Assembly (NCBI GenBank): GCA_951406725.2
Contig: OX597834.1
Coordinates: 36,332,001 to 36,396,000 of the forward strand
Direction of reading: 5' to 3'
Length of the DNA: 64,000 nt
Origin: Octopus vulgaris
Lineage: Eukaryota
In this document: positions 41,357-54,298 of the stretch, one piece after another
How positions within the stretch are numbered: the stretch's first letter is position 1
How the letters are laid out: each line of letters begins with the position of its first letter
Position numbers and translations under genes: made by a program
Notes under the pieces: model-generated
Told to the model about the DNA's origin: nothing
Databases searched by the model: none
The model's input: only the letters and a program-made list of their open reading frames with translations

Positions 41357-41570
41357 TTAAACCCTTTAATATTCCGATTCCTGCCAAATATATTACTCAT
41401 CTATTAACATTGTTTTGAATTAATCATATATTATCTCATAGCTTCGTGGTTTCATTTATGTAATTGTATTTTTAGAATGACATTGTAGGGCAGGTGTGGG
41501 AGGCCTGATCTGGCCAGTTTTAACATAAACAGGTAGAATATTATTTGTGCCAAATATGGCAAAAGGTTAA
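41357..41570. mobile_element. Possible piggyBac-like MITE; related partial copy at about 42340-42535
   Basis: TTAAACCCTTT...AAAAGGTTAA ends; shared internal TTTTAGAATGACATTGTAGGG.AGGTGTG. Confidence 0.45.
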
Positions 41571-41894
41571 ACCAGTAAGGTGTGACACAAGGAAAACCCA
41601 GGCAGCTATTTCTAGCAGGTTAAGTGGCCATATAGATCAGGCATGAGAAATTTTTCTCGAGAAACAGGCTTATCATGATACAGGCTATACTACTAGAAAA
41701 ATTCAAGATAATTTTTGTGCCATCCATAAAGCCCTATGGGGGACCCCATTTGCCCTTCACTGGTGCAGAGTGTCCCTCAGTTCACATAAGAGGTATTTAA
41801 GTTGGTGCTAACATACTTCATGCATGAGGACAAAATAATTTAAATTTTTATTAAAATTACACAATTTATGAGACTCATGTACTTTATCAAAAAA

Positions 41895-42325
41895 TCAAAA
41901 ATCAAAATCGATCAACATGAATGGAAATTGTAGCTGTGATACCAGTGCCGGTGGCACATAAGAGAACCATCCGAACGTGGCCGTTGCCAGCGCCGCCCCG
42001 ACTGGCTTCCGTGCCGGTGGCACGTAAAAAGCACCATCCGATTGTGGCCGTTTGTCATCCTCGCCTGGCCTCTGTGCCGGTGGCACGTAAAAAGCACCAT
42101 CCGACCGTGGCCGTTTGCCAGCCTCGTCTGGCACCTGTGCCGGTGGCATGTAAAAAGCACCCACTACACTCATGGAGTGGTTGGCGTTAGGAAGGGCATC
42201 CAGCCGTAGAAACATTGCCAGATCAGACTGGGCTGGTGCAGCCTTCTAGCTTCCCAGACCCCAGTTGCACCGTCCAACCCATGCCAGCATAGAAAGCGGA
42301 CGCTAAACGATGATGATGATGATGT
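41895..42325 (+). mobile_element. RTE-type-tailed retroposon with internal GTGCCGGTGGCACGTAAAAAGCACC repeats and (GAT)n tail
   Basis: TGGCGTTAGGAAGGGCATCCAGC...CCAACCCATGCCAGCAT..AAAGCGGACG.TAAACGATGATG; copies at about 43210-43497, 44570-44770 (+) and 43580-43770, 56935-57380 (-). Confidence 0.8.
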
Positions 42326-44154
42326 ACTTTTAGCAAAACCCTTAAGTATCCAGCTTACTTTGTCAATTGTAATGTTTAAGTTTTCATCGTTGTGAAATAA
42401 TCATGCATTATCTCGTAGCTTCAAGATTTTAATAATGTGGTTGTTTCTTTTTAGAATGACATTGTAGGGTAGGTGTGAAAGGTTGAATGTGGTCAGTTTG
42501 AATAATGAACAGGTAGGACTTTTTAGCCTGATATGTTATTTTTTCTATACCTTCTATATATTTTTTCTAGACTGGATAGAAAAAGAGGGACCCACGGGGC
42601 AATGCCATTTCTAGTTTATTAATAACCACCCCTAATTGCAAAGTCCCTAGCACGTTTAGTTTATGTTCAGCCCTAGGTGAGACCTGACGCAGCAAATCTA
42701 TGATCAAAGGTGATCCAAATTAGCATATGGTGGAAACGTGGTACTACATATCAGTGTGGTATGCTGTGCTATTTTCAACAAGTGGTGACTGTCTAGAGAC
42801 AGAAATTGCTAGAAATAGCAACCAAACCTGTCTCAGAGCACACTCAATATTGTAGTCATAGAGATACCCAGAAAACGACAGAATGGTCACAGTTGGAATG
42901 ACTTAAAGCCCTGGTCTGCTCAATCAGGCCCTGCCCCCATCACAAGTGTTTGCATAGGGGCCGTACTAATCTTTTCTGCCTCATTCCAGTTTTAGAATAT
43001 GCACTGCTGTAGCTAGAACAAGAAGTAATGTTTACCACTGCATCGATATGTCTGTTTGACATTATTACCGTTTTTAACCCCAGGAAGAGCCTCCTCCTGT
43101 TGGTCATCCAAGCAATCTGCACCCAGTATATATTGCAAGTAGGGGAGTAAACCCCGACGGTCTTCTAGCAGACAACAGCATCACCAGCCAAAACAGTTTC
43201 AGGGTTATTTGTGGCCATCGTTACCAACGTCGCCTTACTGGCACCTGTGCTGGTGACATGTGTAAAAGGATTCGAGCGAGGTCGTTGCCAGTACCACCTG
43301 ACTGGCCCCCATGCTTGTGGCACGTAAAAAGCACCCACTACACTCTCAGAGTGGTTGGTGTTAGGAAGGGCATCCAGTTGTAGAAACTCTGCCAAATCAA
43401 GATTGGAGCCTGGTGCAGCCATCTGGTTCACCAGCCCTCAGTCAAAATTGTCCAACCCATGCTAGCATGGAAAGCGGACGTTAAACGATGATGATTGTCA
43501 ATGGTGAACACTTGGCTGCTGGAGATGCAAACGTTGGCATATAAAATTTATGATGTACCTTCCACTGTTTCTATAACTCATCACCATCATCGTTTGATAT
43601 CTGTTTTCCCTGCTGGCATGGGTTGGATGGTTTGACAAGATCTGATGGGCCCAAGCATTGCATTGTACTCCAGCCTGTTTTGGATTGGTTTCTACCACAG
43701 GATATTCTTCCCAATGCCAAACAGCGTATATTGAGTACTCTTCTTCATGCCACCAGCACTAGCAAGATCATCATGCAGTTTGCAAGACTATGAACCCTCT
43801 GGAAGCAGGAGGAGGGGTAAATTTATACAAGGAGAAAAAGAAGAAAAGATGGGTAAAAATTATAAGAGGAAGGAACAGAGCAGAACAGGTCTTTCACTGA
43901 AGAGGGGCAACGTGACTATTCACATTTTAGAAGAGCGAAAGTGAAAGTGATCGAGTCAGAGAGCAATGGTGGTTGGAGGGAGAGTAGGGGATGACTGGCA
44001 GAGCTAAGCAACAGAATAGCAATGATGAAACAATAGACAAGAGAAGGACATGAGAGAGAGAGAGAGAGAGACAGAGAGATGGTGTTGGTAGATTGCAGGA
44101 GTGGAAGTGGGTGAAAACATGAAGTGATGAAGATTAGAAGAATTCAATACTCAC

Positions 44155-44278
44155 GACGATATGGTCAAACTCATGATACACCTTGTACATCATCCAATAC
44201 CAGACTGTGAATCCCACAACATTACAGAGTACAAGGATGGTTTTGTTTGTAACTGGGGGTACATCTCGATATCGAAAA
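44155..44278 (-). CDS. NDUFB2: NDUFB2 coding exon 2 (transmembrane segment)
   Basis: Acceptor TTTTTTTTTCAG; T completes an AAT (Asn) codon; then FRYRDVPPVTNKTILVLCNVVGFTVWYWMMYKVYHEFDHIV; donor GTGAGT (phase 0). Matches the YR..P / WxW / HExxHI pattern of NDUFB2. Confidence 0.95.
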
Positions 44279-44770
44279 CTGAAAAAAAAAATAGAAAAAA
44301 CATTTACATTATTATTATTATTATTATCATTAATAATATTATTAAGATGGCAAATTGGCAGAATTAACATGCCAGACAAAATGCTTAGCAGTATTTTGTC
44401 CATCCTTATGTTCTGAGTTCAAATTCTGCCGAGGTCAACTTTGCTTTTCATCCTTTTGGAGTTGATGAAATAAAGTACCAGTTGAGCACTGGGGTCGCTG
44501 TAATCGACTGGTCCCTTCCACAAAAATTTCAGGCTTTGTGCCTTTAGTAGAAAGGATTATTACTGTTAGGTCGTTGCCAGTACCGCCTGAATGGCACGTA
44601 AAAGCACCCACTACACTCTCAGAGTGATTGGCGTTAGGAAGGGCATCCAGCTGTAGAAACTCTGCCAGATAAAGATTGAAGCCTGGTGCAGCCATCTGGT
44701 TCGCCAGCCCTCAGTCATTCATCCAACCCATGCTAGCATGGAGAGTGGACGTTTGATGATGATGATGATG

Positions 44771-45075
44771 AGAGCAGTGCATGCCCTCAAAGTGAGTCTA
44801 GGGTAAAATATACAAAGCCCAATATACCCATCATGACTACCCATCTGAAAAGGGTACACCAGGCACAACCATATGTGTGCAACATAGTGATGTCATATCG
44901 AGATAAACAGTGCATGATCTTGCAGTTGGGGCCCAGTTACAATTTTCTTCAGGTTGAGTACCTCATACCACTCAAAAGGTCCCTAAATAAAGGTTGTTTA
45001 CGGATGTTGAACAAAACACCTATGTTTCTAGAGGTGAATTATTCAAACCCTCAAAGAATTCCTCTCAACACATGC
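44771..45075 (+). repeat. Interspersed ~310-bp repeat, second copy at about 60290-60625
   Basis: Collinear similarity from GAGCAG..CATG...TCAAAGTG to AAAGAATTCCTCTCA.CACATG. Confidence 0.8.
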
Positions 45076-45737
45076 CCCCACCAATCGCTTGATAACCGAT
45101 GTTGGTGTGTTTACGACTCCCGTAACTTAGCAGTTCGGCAAAATAGACCGAATAAATACTAGGTTTAAAAAGAATAAGTCCTGAGGGTCGATTTCTTCGA
45201 TTAAAACCCTTAAAGGCGGTGCTCCTGCATGGCCGCAGTCAAATGACTGAAACAAATAAAAGAATAAACGAAATATTTATATATAAATAAAACTCACTCA
45301 ACAAAGAACGATAAATTGTGTTGTTGTGGTACTCATGCCTTTCTCATGGACATTAAAGATGCGAGCAAATAAACTTTTTAAAAGATTCCTGTGGCTTAAA
45401 GTCGAAGATTTCAGCCATCACATCATTCGTAAATTAAATAAATCAAATTCGATTAATTAAATTTCCAAGATACAGGACATTGGCTGAGGTCTGTCATGTC
45501 ATTTTTTCTATAACTCAGGATGGATCGAAAAAGAGGGACCCACGGGGCAACGCCATTTCTAGTTTATTAACCTTCACCCCTAATTGCAAAATTCCTACCA
45601 CGTTTAGTTTATGTTCAGCCCTAGGTCAGACCTGACGCAGCAAATCTATGATCAAAGGCGATACAACCGTGAACAACCCTATCGTTTTTGTTATTTCTTG
45701 TTCTGTCTTGCTTTGTTTTAAGATGTAATTCAGAGTT

Positions 45738-46150
45738 GGGATCTTTTCGGTTTGACCGGCAGTTTTTAACATAATTTCTAGGTAACTAAAAAATTTTAAA
45801 CTTCGTATACTGGTAAAATGTGTTTATAAAACATTTTTTTCTCTTGACTTTATTGTGAAAATTCTATAGTTTGTAAAATATTTGTTGCTTTTTTTTCTTC
45901 AATTTCTGCAATTTCAACCAATCACTGACGTCTATTGAGGTAAAAAAAACATTCTGTGCCGTATGAATATGTCCCTCGTTTAAGAAACAGATTGGGTTTA
46001 TTTACATTTGTGAAGAAAAAAAGATACCTTCACCCCACCCCTAACCCTAACAGATTGAACTGCAGTAGATCGATACTATGGTCATAATTATGGGTGACAA
46101 TTTCATATGACACCGCTAGAAAAAACTGCCGTTCAAACCGAAAAGATCCC
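45738..46150. mobile_element. Unclassified MITE with 6-bp TSD in NDUFB2 intron 1
   Basis: About 30-bp TIR GGGATCTTTTCGGTTTGA(C/A)CGGCAGTTTTT; perfect TSD AGAGTT (45732-45737, 46151-46156). Confidence 0.88.
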
Positions 46151-47103
46151 AGAGTTGTTATTTCGTTACAGATGCGAGCAAATAATGAGGTTTTCGACCT
46201 CTAAAATGAATTTTTCTTTAGCATATATGCCAACGATTACCCGGGCTTTATAGTTAAATATTGTGACCTTCACATTGTTCGTAAATTAAACAAATATATT
46301 AATATAATTAATTAAATTTCCAAGGTAAAGGAGACAATCGCGAAGGTCTGTTCTATTAATTACACAACCTCTGGCGTGGTTAGTAAAAGAGGGACCACCT
46401 GGACGAGGCCGTTTCTTGTTTATTAATTAACCTTCATCACAAATTACCAAGCTCTCACCACGTTTGCGTTTAATCCACGATCAAAGGCGTTCTAACCGTG
46501 ACAAATCCACAGTTTTTGTAGTTTCCTTTCTTATTTTTCGTTAATGAAGCACACGGTAAGATGTGATTCTAGGGCAATATAGTTGCTATTTCAGAACAGA
46601 TGCGAGTAAATGCGAACATCTAAATTATTATTTTGTTTAGAGTTTCATACTAATAATTACTTTGGGTTTAAATAATTAAAGATTTTTGCCGTCGCACCGT
46701 TCGTAAATTAATTAAATATATTAATTGATTTTCCACGATATAAGAAGCCGTCGTGAAGGACTTTGCTAAGTTCCAACCACGTTTAATTAGTTGTTTAACC
46801 CTGGGTCAGACCTGAGAGAGCAGATCTGTGAACGACGGGTTCCAGCCGTGACAAACCTACCGTTTTTGTTGTTGCTATCCCTTTTTTATTATTTTTCAAT
46901 AACACGATTTATAATTTAATTCTAGGGGAATACAATTATTTCAACCAGGTACAGATGATCCGTCCCTTGTTTGTTTGTTGTAATTTAAAGGTCAAACAGG
47001 AGAGAACGAGAGATGGAGTTTAAATATAATAAATATTAAAAGACATTTACAACATTTAAACAATATAAATGCAAATTTAATATCATATTTAACAGTAACT
47101 CAC

Positions 47104-47198
47104 TTTCCACCGCCTCCAAATCGGACAGGTTGAGAGAGTTTGGTTGATCGAAGGCAGGACTTTCGAAGAGAACCGAGGAATCTCAGAGCGACAGACAT
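47104..47198 (-). CDS. NDUFB2: NADH dehydrogenase (ubiquinone) 1 beta subcomplex subunit 2, coding exon 1 (mitochondrial presequence + GGGG)
   Basis: Manual reverse-strand translation from ATG at 47198: MSVALRFLGSLRKSCLRSTKLSQPVRFGGGG + AA, then donor GTGAGT (phase 2). Arg/Ser-rich, acid-free presequence followed by GGGG, equivalent to the mature AGGG N-terminus. Confidence 0.93.
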
Positions 47199-48871
47199 CG
47201 CTGCTTCCTTCTACAGACACACACGCACTCTCTAGCTTTCTCTTTCCCTCTCTCTATCTCTTTTACTCTATCGCTCTGTTTTCCTCTCTTTGTATCTATC
47301 TGTCGCTCTATTTCTCTTTCTCCTCTCCCTGTCTCTTTCACTCTTTCTCTCTCTCTTTGCTTGTCGCTCTATTTCTTTTTCTTGTCTTCCTCCCTCTTTG
47401 TCTATTGCTCTATTCCCCTCTCCCCCTCTACTTGTCTATCGCTCTATTTCTCTCTCTTTCTTGTCTTTCTCCCTCTTTGTCTATTCCTCTATCCCCCTCT
47501 CGCTATCTACTTGTCTATCGCTCTATTTCTCCCCTTCACTCTCTTCTTTTCTCTATCTCTCTCTCTCTCCCTTCTCCATTCAGGTTTTCACTCTCACCAA
47601 TTGCATTCTGGGATATTGATACAAGCGGCATTCGACAGTTTTTATTCTTTCAGCTATTTCTAATTTCCCTTTTTTTTTATAATATTTCTCTAAAACTATT
47701 TTTCTAAATAATTCTTATTTTTTTCATAGATTTTCTTCGTTAAATTCTCAAATTTGTAAACATCCAAAATAAAATAATTACAATTAATATTCATTACAAC
47801 CGAGTTATCTCTCTTGACATTCCGGTGTTCAAACCTCACTGGAGTCAACTTTTTATCCTTCCGGGGTCGATAAAATAAAATTGGTGTAATGTAATTTGTG
47901 ATACAATTGACAGTATACTTGACCACAAAACGTATAGCTTTGAGACCATGTTTGAAAATACAATGAAAGAAAAAACATTTTTGATTAGAGTCGATACAGT
48001 TTTAATCTATTACAGTACCGGACCAAATATCCTATAAACTTGGGACCGGCAATATCCCGGATTTCTGGATATTTTCCGGTTTTCTGGAGAATATCTAAAT
48101 ATATACTTAAAATATGAAATAACTATGAAAAAATAAAGAACGGTTTGTTTCATATTTATTGATGCACTTAAAATATATCAAACTGTACTATGTATCTTTT
48201 ACATGTTCCAGTCATTTGGCTGCGGCCATGCTGGGGTTCCGCCCAGGGCTTTTAGTCGAAGAAGTAAGCCTGGTACTTACTCCATCGGTCCATTCTGCCG
48301 AACCGTTAAATAACGGGAACGTAAACATTAAATTCCTGGGGTCCGCAAGCCGACCGACTCGGGAGATTCCAGGTAGTGGTCAAAGGGAGACAATCCCTTG
48401 CGCTTGACACCCCTCCCTCCTTTGTATGCGTGCCCCTAAAATAGCCACGGGGCCCTTTCTCCTGCCATTAAGATTTGATGAGATGTGTGTAAAGCTAAAT
48501 TCTTTATGAACACGAAACCCTAGTTTCGGTCATAACTAACATACATACACACACACACATACGTACATACATACATACGTACATACATACATACACACAC
48601 ATACACACACACATACGTACATACATACATACACACACATACATACATACACACAGACATACATACACACACATACATACATACACACACACACATACAT
48701 ACGTACATACATACATACACACACACATACATACGTACATACATACATACATACACACATACATACATACATACATACATACATACATACATACATACAT
48801 ACATACATACATCTCTATATATTCTGCCAACTTGCCGCTTTAATGTTTCACATTTATATTAATAAGTGAAA

Positions 48872-49269
48872 TCTCTCTCTATATAAAGCTGAAGTTGTCT
48901 GTCTATGGCAGGTTTTGTAGCCTTCAACTAACACTATCTCCTCCGAGACCCTGTAGCACAAGTTGACCAAAATTGAGAGTATGATAGAAGAAGTCTTGCT
49001 CTTCCTTCCGTAGGAAGAAAAAATTCAAATCGGACCATGTTAACACCAAAAATTATTTACATCAAAAAGGTGCTTTTTTTTTTCTATGAAAATCCCTATT
49101 TTTTTTACGATTTTTTGACTGCTGTGTCGCCATTTTTCGGTGTATTTCAACCAGAAAAATGTTCACTTAAAGAGAATAACAAGCTACATAATGCAAAATT
49201 TTTACTTTTCAAAAATCCCAATTCTAAAGGGTCGAAACAAACCCGAGCAACGCCGGGTGATACTGCTAG
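48872..49269 (+). mobile_element. Non-autonomous Helitron
   Basis: 5' TC(TCTCTC)TATATAAAGCTG, 3' hairpin CCCGAGCAACGCCGGG then CTAG, inserted between A and T. Confidence 0.82.
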
Positions 49270-49613
49270 TTTCTGTAGAAACGCAACGTCTTAGAAAAAA
49301 AAAAACAGTCGACCTAGTTATCTGCCCCTTGCCAACTGGCTTAGCGTCTGCTGTTGCTATGTTTGTGTTGTGCATTCGTCAACAAGTGCGTGACACCAGA
49401 TTATTGGATCTTCCCGCTTTCTCAGTTGCTGTTCTTGTTGTTGTGCTTCAGCAGTGTTCGGTTTTAGAAGAGAGTAAGTATAAATTTACGTGTATTGTAT
49501 GAGTTGTATGTAGATATGATCGTATGTTTCTTGAGCGCTACAGCTAGCGAGAACATAGACACACACACATACATACATACATACAAACGCACATACACAC
49601 ACATATATAATAT

Positions 49614-49663
<50 letters not shown>

Positions 49664-50027
49664 CATACGCACATATACATTCATACACATATACATACGT
49701 ACATACATAAGCACACGCATACATACACACATACATACATACATACATACATACATACATACATACATACATACATACATACGTACATACATACATACTG
49801 GCATAACTACAGATTCCTGCTCCCACCCCTCCGATTTTGGATGATCATAACTTTCAGAAAAATGCATATTTTTTAATGAAATTTTCTACGACAATGTGTT
49901 ATATCATGTAGATTCCGAATATAGAAAATTTTTAGGGGAAAGTGTTTTAGGAGGCGGTGGGGTGGGTAATTTCGGAAAATTTGCCTTAACTTTCAAGAAA
50001 ATAGATATTTTTTTAATGAAACTTTCG

Positions 50028-50114
<87 letters not shown>

Positions 50115-50272
50115 CAGACAGATAGAGATAGACCGATAGATAGATACACACACGCATATATATATGTAGGTGTATGTGCATATATATAATGTATATAGTA
50201 ATAGCAGCAGGAGTAGGAGTAGTAGTAAGGATTCTGATAGAATCGGTTACTTGAAAAGATATGCACTAGGTG

Positions 50273-50326
50273 TGTGATCTAGTGGTTAGGATTCCAGGCT
50301 GTCACCCATGCGGCCCGGCAGGGGAA
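50273..50326 (+). pseudogene. tRNA-Glu-like pseudogene lacking the T-loop, anticodon position reads GTC
   Basis: GTGATCTAGTGGTTAGGATTCCAGGCT-GTC-ACCCATGCGGCCCGG|CAGGGGAA resembles a tRNA-Glu body; the GTTCGATTCCCGG segment is missing and the 5' acceptor strand is lost. Confidence 0.65.
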
Positions 50327-51011
50327 CGTTTTCATTTTTATATAATGTCTGTGTGTGTATGTATATGTATAAGCACACCACTCTTACCCGCTTTCCACCT
50401 CTCTCTCCATATATATGTGCATGTTTATATCCATATCTATCTATCCTTATATATATTTGTGTGTGTGTAAATATATGTATGTATATGTGTGTGTGTGTCT
50501 ATGTATACATGCGCATACGTATATATTCCAGTTTTATCTAGTTGTACTCTATAGTTGATTGGGTCACAGAGTACAGACAGAAAACAAAACAAAAGAATTT
50601 GTTCATAAAGTATGTAGTATCTGAGTATTTTATGAACCGACTCTCCCTTCCTCTCTCTCTCTCTCTCTCTCTCTCTGCGTGAGCGCGTGTGTGTGAAACA
50701 AAAAGAAGAAAATGGTTTGAGAATTTTATCATGGACAACGGAAAGAAAATATTTATATTTTCATATTTTCATCAGAATATGCTACCGGTTTCAACCTTTA
50801 TAAACGAGTTAGTCATACAGTAAAAGAAGGGAAATGAAATAAATTAAATTAAGTCAAATTAATCGCTCATGATATCAACTTTAAAACTTCTCTTGTTTTT
50901 CTTTAAAAAAACACACGATGCTGGTGGCTGGTTTCTTTCTAATTGCTGTTAGGTGGTAGTGGTGGCATGTGGTTAGGAAGCAAGCTTCTTACCACACAGT
51001 CATGTCTGCGT

Positions 51012-51067
<56 letters not shown>

Positions 51068-51184
51068 CATATATATGTACGTATATATATATGTGTGTGT
51101 ATATGTGTGTATACATATATATTTATATATGTGTATATATATATATGTATATATATATATGTATATATATATATATGTATGTAC

Positions 51185-51273
<89 letters not shown>

Positions 51274-52915
51274 ATATATATATATATGTGTGTGTGTGTG
51301 TAAGGTGACAAGCTGGCAGAAATGTTAGCACTCCGGGCGAAATGCTTAGTAGTATTTCGTCTGTCTTTACGTTCTGAGTTCAAATCCCGGCGAGGTTGAC
51401 TTCGCCTTTTCATCCTTTTTAGCTCGATAGATTAAGCATCAGGTGCGTACTGGGGTCGATCTAATCGACTGGCTCCCTGCCCCGAAATTTCGGGCCTTGT
51501 GCCTAGAACAGAAAAGAATATACAATATATACATACATGTGTGTTTGTGTGTGTGCTGGGCTAAATGGACGTTTCATTTTAGGAAGGAGGGAAAAATTAC
51601 TGAACGAATAAAACAGACTTTCTGTATTTCTATATTTCTTTACTCGATGCTGAGGGTTCTTGAATCACAACTCGGAGTTTATGCTGTTGATGATTTCAAT
51701 AAAGAACATCGTGAAACGAAGGGTTTGCAATTTAAAAGCGTCCAGCTTTAAATAGAGAGAGAGAGAGTGTGTGTGTGTGTACATGTAGGTGTGTGTATGT
51801 GTGTGCGTGTATGCGTATGTATATGTGTGTGTGAATGTGTATGCGTGTATGTATATATGCATGCGTATGTGTGTTGTGTATGCCATGTGTTTATGAATGT
51901 ATGTTTGTGTGTGTGTGTGAATGTTACCCCATGTGCGGCAGGAAATCGATACGAAGCATGTATTTGAGATATTGGTATTGATAAACTGGCGTCGATCGAT
52001 CTCTGACCTCTAGGGACGATGGAACTTGTCCAAGCATGTGCGGACATGAAGCATATTTGAGCAGAAAACTGACCAGGACGGTGCCAGTCGTTAGTAGTAG
52101 CAGCAGCAGCAATAGTAGTAGTAGTAGTAGTAGTAGTATGAGGAGAAAAAGGTGGACACGGAGAAAGGAGTTACAAAGGAACACGAAGGTTATTGTTGCT
52201 GTTGTTGTTTTTGGTGGTAGTGGTGGTGGTGGTAGTGAACTCAGGAAAACTCAAAGGAAACAGTCTATGAATGTGGACGACAAGGTGCGACACGGTGATC
52301 TCCATATATTCTTAGTTATAGCATTCCTCTTTTCATCTCCAGCTTTGGGTTGGTTAACTTTTTTCTTCTTTTTCCATATGAAAAGAAAAATAAGGCTGGA
52401 GAAGAGATGCCTGCCGCACGGAATGTTTCGGAAAAGATGGAAGATGGTAGCAAGTGTGTTGAGAGTGAGTGAACCCTGTTTGAGCAAGAACACAAACGCA
52501 TGAAAAAAAAAAAGGTTTCAGTGTTGGAATGTGGTTCGTGGGGTCGACCACGTCCCTCGCTTCATCATTGTTAATCATTGGCTTTTCGTTATCGTATTGC
52601 ATTTTTGTAATAATATCTTTATTTTAATCACGTTGTTATTGGTATTCGATCCCTGACCCCTTGTCTGTCCTTGTTTTGTCTACTCTCCATCTAAGGCCGT
52701 AATGGTTAATAAAGAAAAGAGTTATACTATGCTTCACCATATTGTTGTTGTTGTTGTTGTTGTTATCATTATTATTATTATTATTCTATGTTTGACTTTT
52801 GCTTTATGTCTGTACAAGTTGGCTCCAAGTCTCACCCAGAGACCTCAAGAGACAACAGGTTGGAAGTTCACGTTGTTGTTATGCCTAGTATGCTATATAT
52901 TTGGGTTTTTTGGGG

Positions 52916-52952
<37 letters not shown>

Positions 52953-53121
52953 TGGACGGCAAGCTGGCAGAGTCCTTAGCACGCTGGACGAAATGCAGTT
53001 TCTCGCTCGTCGCTACGTCCTTTCGGGATCGATAAATTAAGTACCAGTGAACCACTGGGGTCGATATAATCGACTAGTCCCCTCCCACTAAATCTGAGGC
53101 CTTGTGGCTCTAGAAGAAAGG

Positions 53122-53160
<39 letters not shown>

Positions 53161-53374
53161 GGGGTGGGAGTCGTGTTGAAGAACAAAGAAAGGCAGTATG
53201 GGGGGTGGTGATAATAATATCTAATTTTTTAAACTGATTTTCCTTTCCAATTCAGGTCGATTCTATAAAGACAACTTAAGCAGAAGTGTGAAAGAAAAAA
53301 AAAAGAAGATAAAAGAAAAGCTGAAAAGAAATCTAAAATAAATAATTAAATAAATAAACGCAATTTTAACGAAA

Positions 53375-54298
53375 ATGACTGAAAGTTATTGTAAGAACAT
53401 CTTTGGTGAAATCTCACAGAAAAATGTGTTGTTTTGTATTGAGACATCGGGTAATATGCTACCGCTATTACCTATTGTCAAAAATCATTTGCAACTCACA
53501 CTAGAGAAAATGGCTGCCAACGAAAGGAAAATATATTTCAATATCATTGAGTTCAGTTCTAGAGTTTTAGCCTGGGCTGATAAATTAATCTGCAGTACAC
53601 ACGAAACTGTCCGTATGGCTATTGATTGGCTAAATGAACTGTCGGCTAGAACCGGATGCAATACGTTAGAGGCTCTCCGTTCGGCGTTTAGACAAGATTG
53701 CATCGATGCTGTGTATTTTGTGACGTGTAGCCAACCTGACCAGCATCCCGACGCCATTTTAGATGAAATAATTCCCCTAAGTAAAGGCTGCCCTATTCAT
53801 TGTATATATTTTACTGGCGATCTGCCTGACGATGTTGTAGAAAACTTCCTGGAAGATCTTTCTCTAGAAACTCATGGAACTTACTGTATTTTCCAAGCAT
53901 CCGATGAAGATTACAGTTTTTCTTATCCTAAATTATTGTATTCCTCAAACAATGAAAGACAAAATGTAATTCGATCAACTTCGGGAGATCGATATTCACC
54001 AGAGAAAACATGTAGTGTAACAAGTACTCTACAAGTCGACCCTAATCCTAGCTTGGTTCCGAATTCTTACCCAGTCATGTATCCATTTGGCATTGGAATG
54101 GCAACCACGACGAAACCTCTGTATTATCCAACAGCAGACGTGTTTCCCTATTATTTATCTAAAGCTTGCCTCGGAAGCAAACAGTTTGAAGTTTCTCCTT
54201 ATCTCTCACCCGGAGCGGGCGCCATTCTTATTGGGAAGAAAGTTCTCGCCCAAAACTACGAAGATGGTTATTTCTACATCGGAGAAGTTCACAGTCAG
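53375..54298 (+). CDS. VWA-domain + DUF4537 protein (VWA3B/C11orf16-like), first coding exon
   Basis: ATG preceded by an in-frame TAA (53351) and an acceptor TTTCCAATTCAG ending at 53255. VWA fold motifs (VLFCIETSGNM, FNIIEFSS, AIDWLNEL, AVYFVT..QPD, PIHCIYF, FLEDLSLETHGTY), then LIGKKVLAQNYEDGYFYIGEVHSQ (DUF4537-like start). Donor CAG|GTGAGT, phase 0 (308 codons). Confidence 0.88.

Noticed and set aside
46039-46051. Telomeric repeat
   Set aside because: Only two CCCTAA units, internal to a MITE.
46360-46425. Possible pistol-, HDV- or twister-like pseudoknot (CCTCT/AGAGG, GTGGT/ACCAC)
   Set aside because: Required conserved nucleotides and helices are missing, and the pairing is not kept in the paralogous copies at 42580 and 45528.
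52251-52503. ORFs resembling a mitochondrial presequence exon for NDUFB2
   Set aside because: The true first coding exon, with ATG, correct phase and GGGG, is at 47104-47198.
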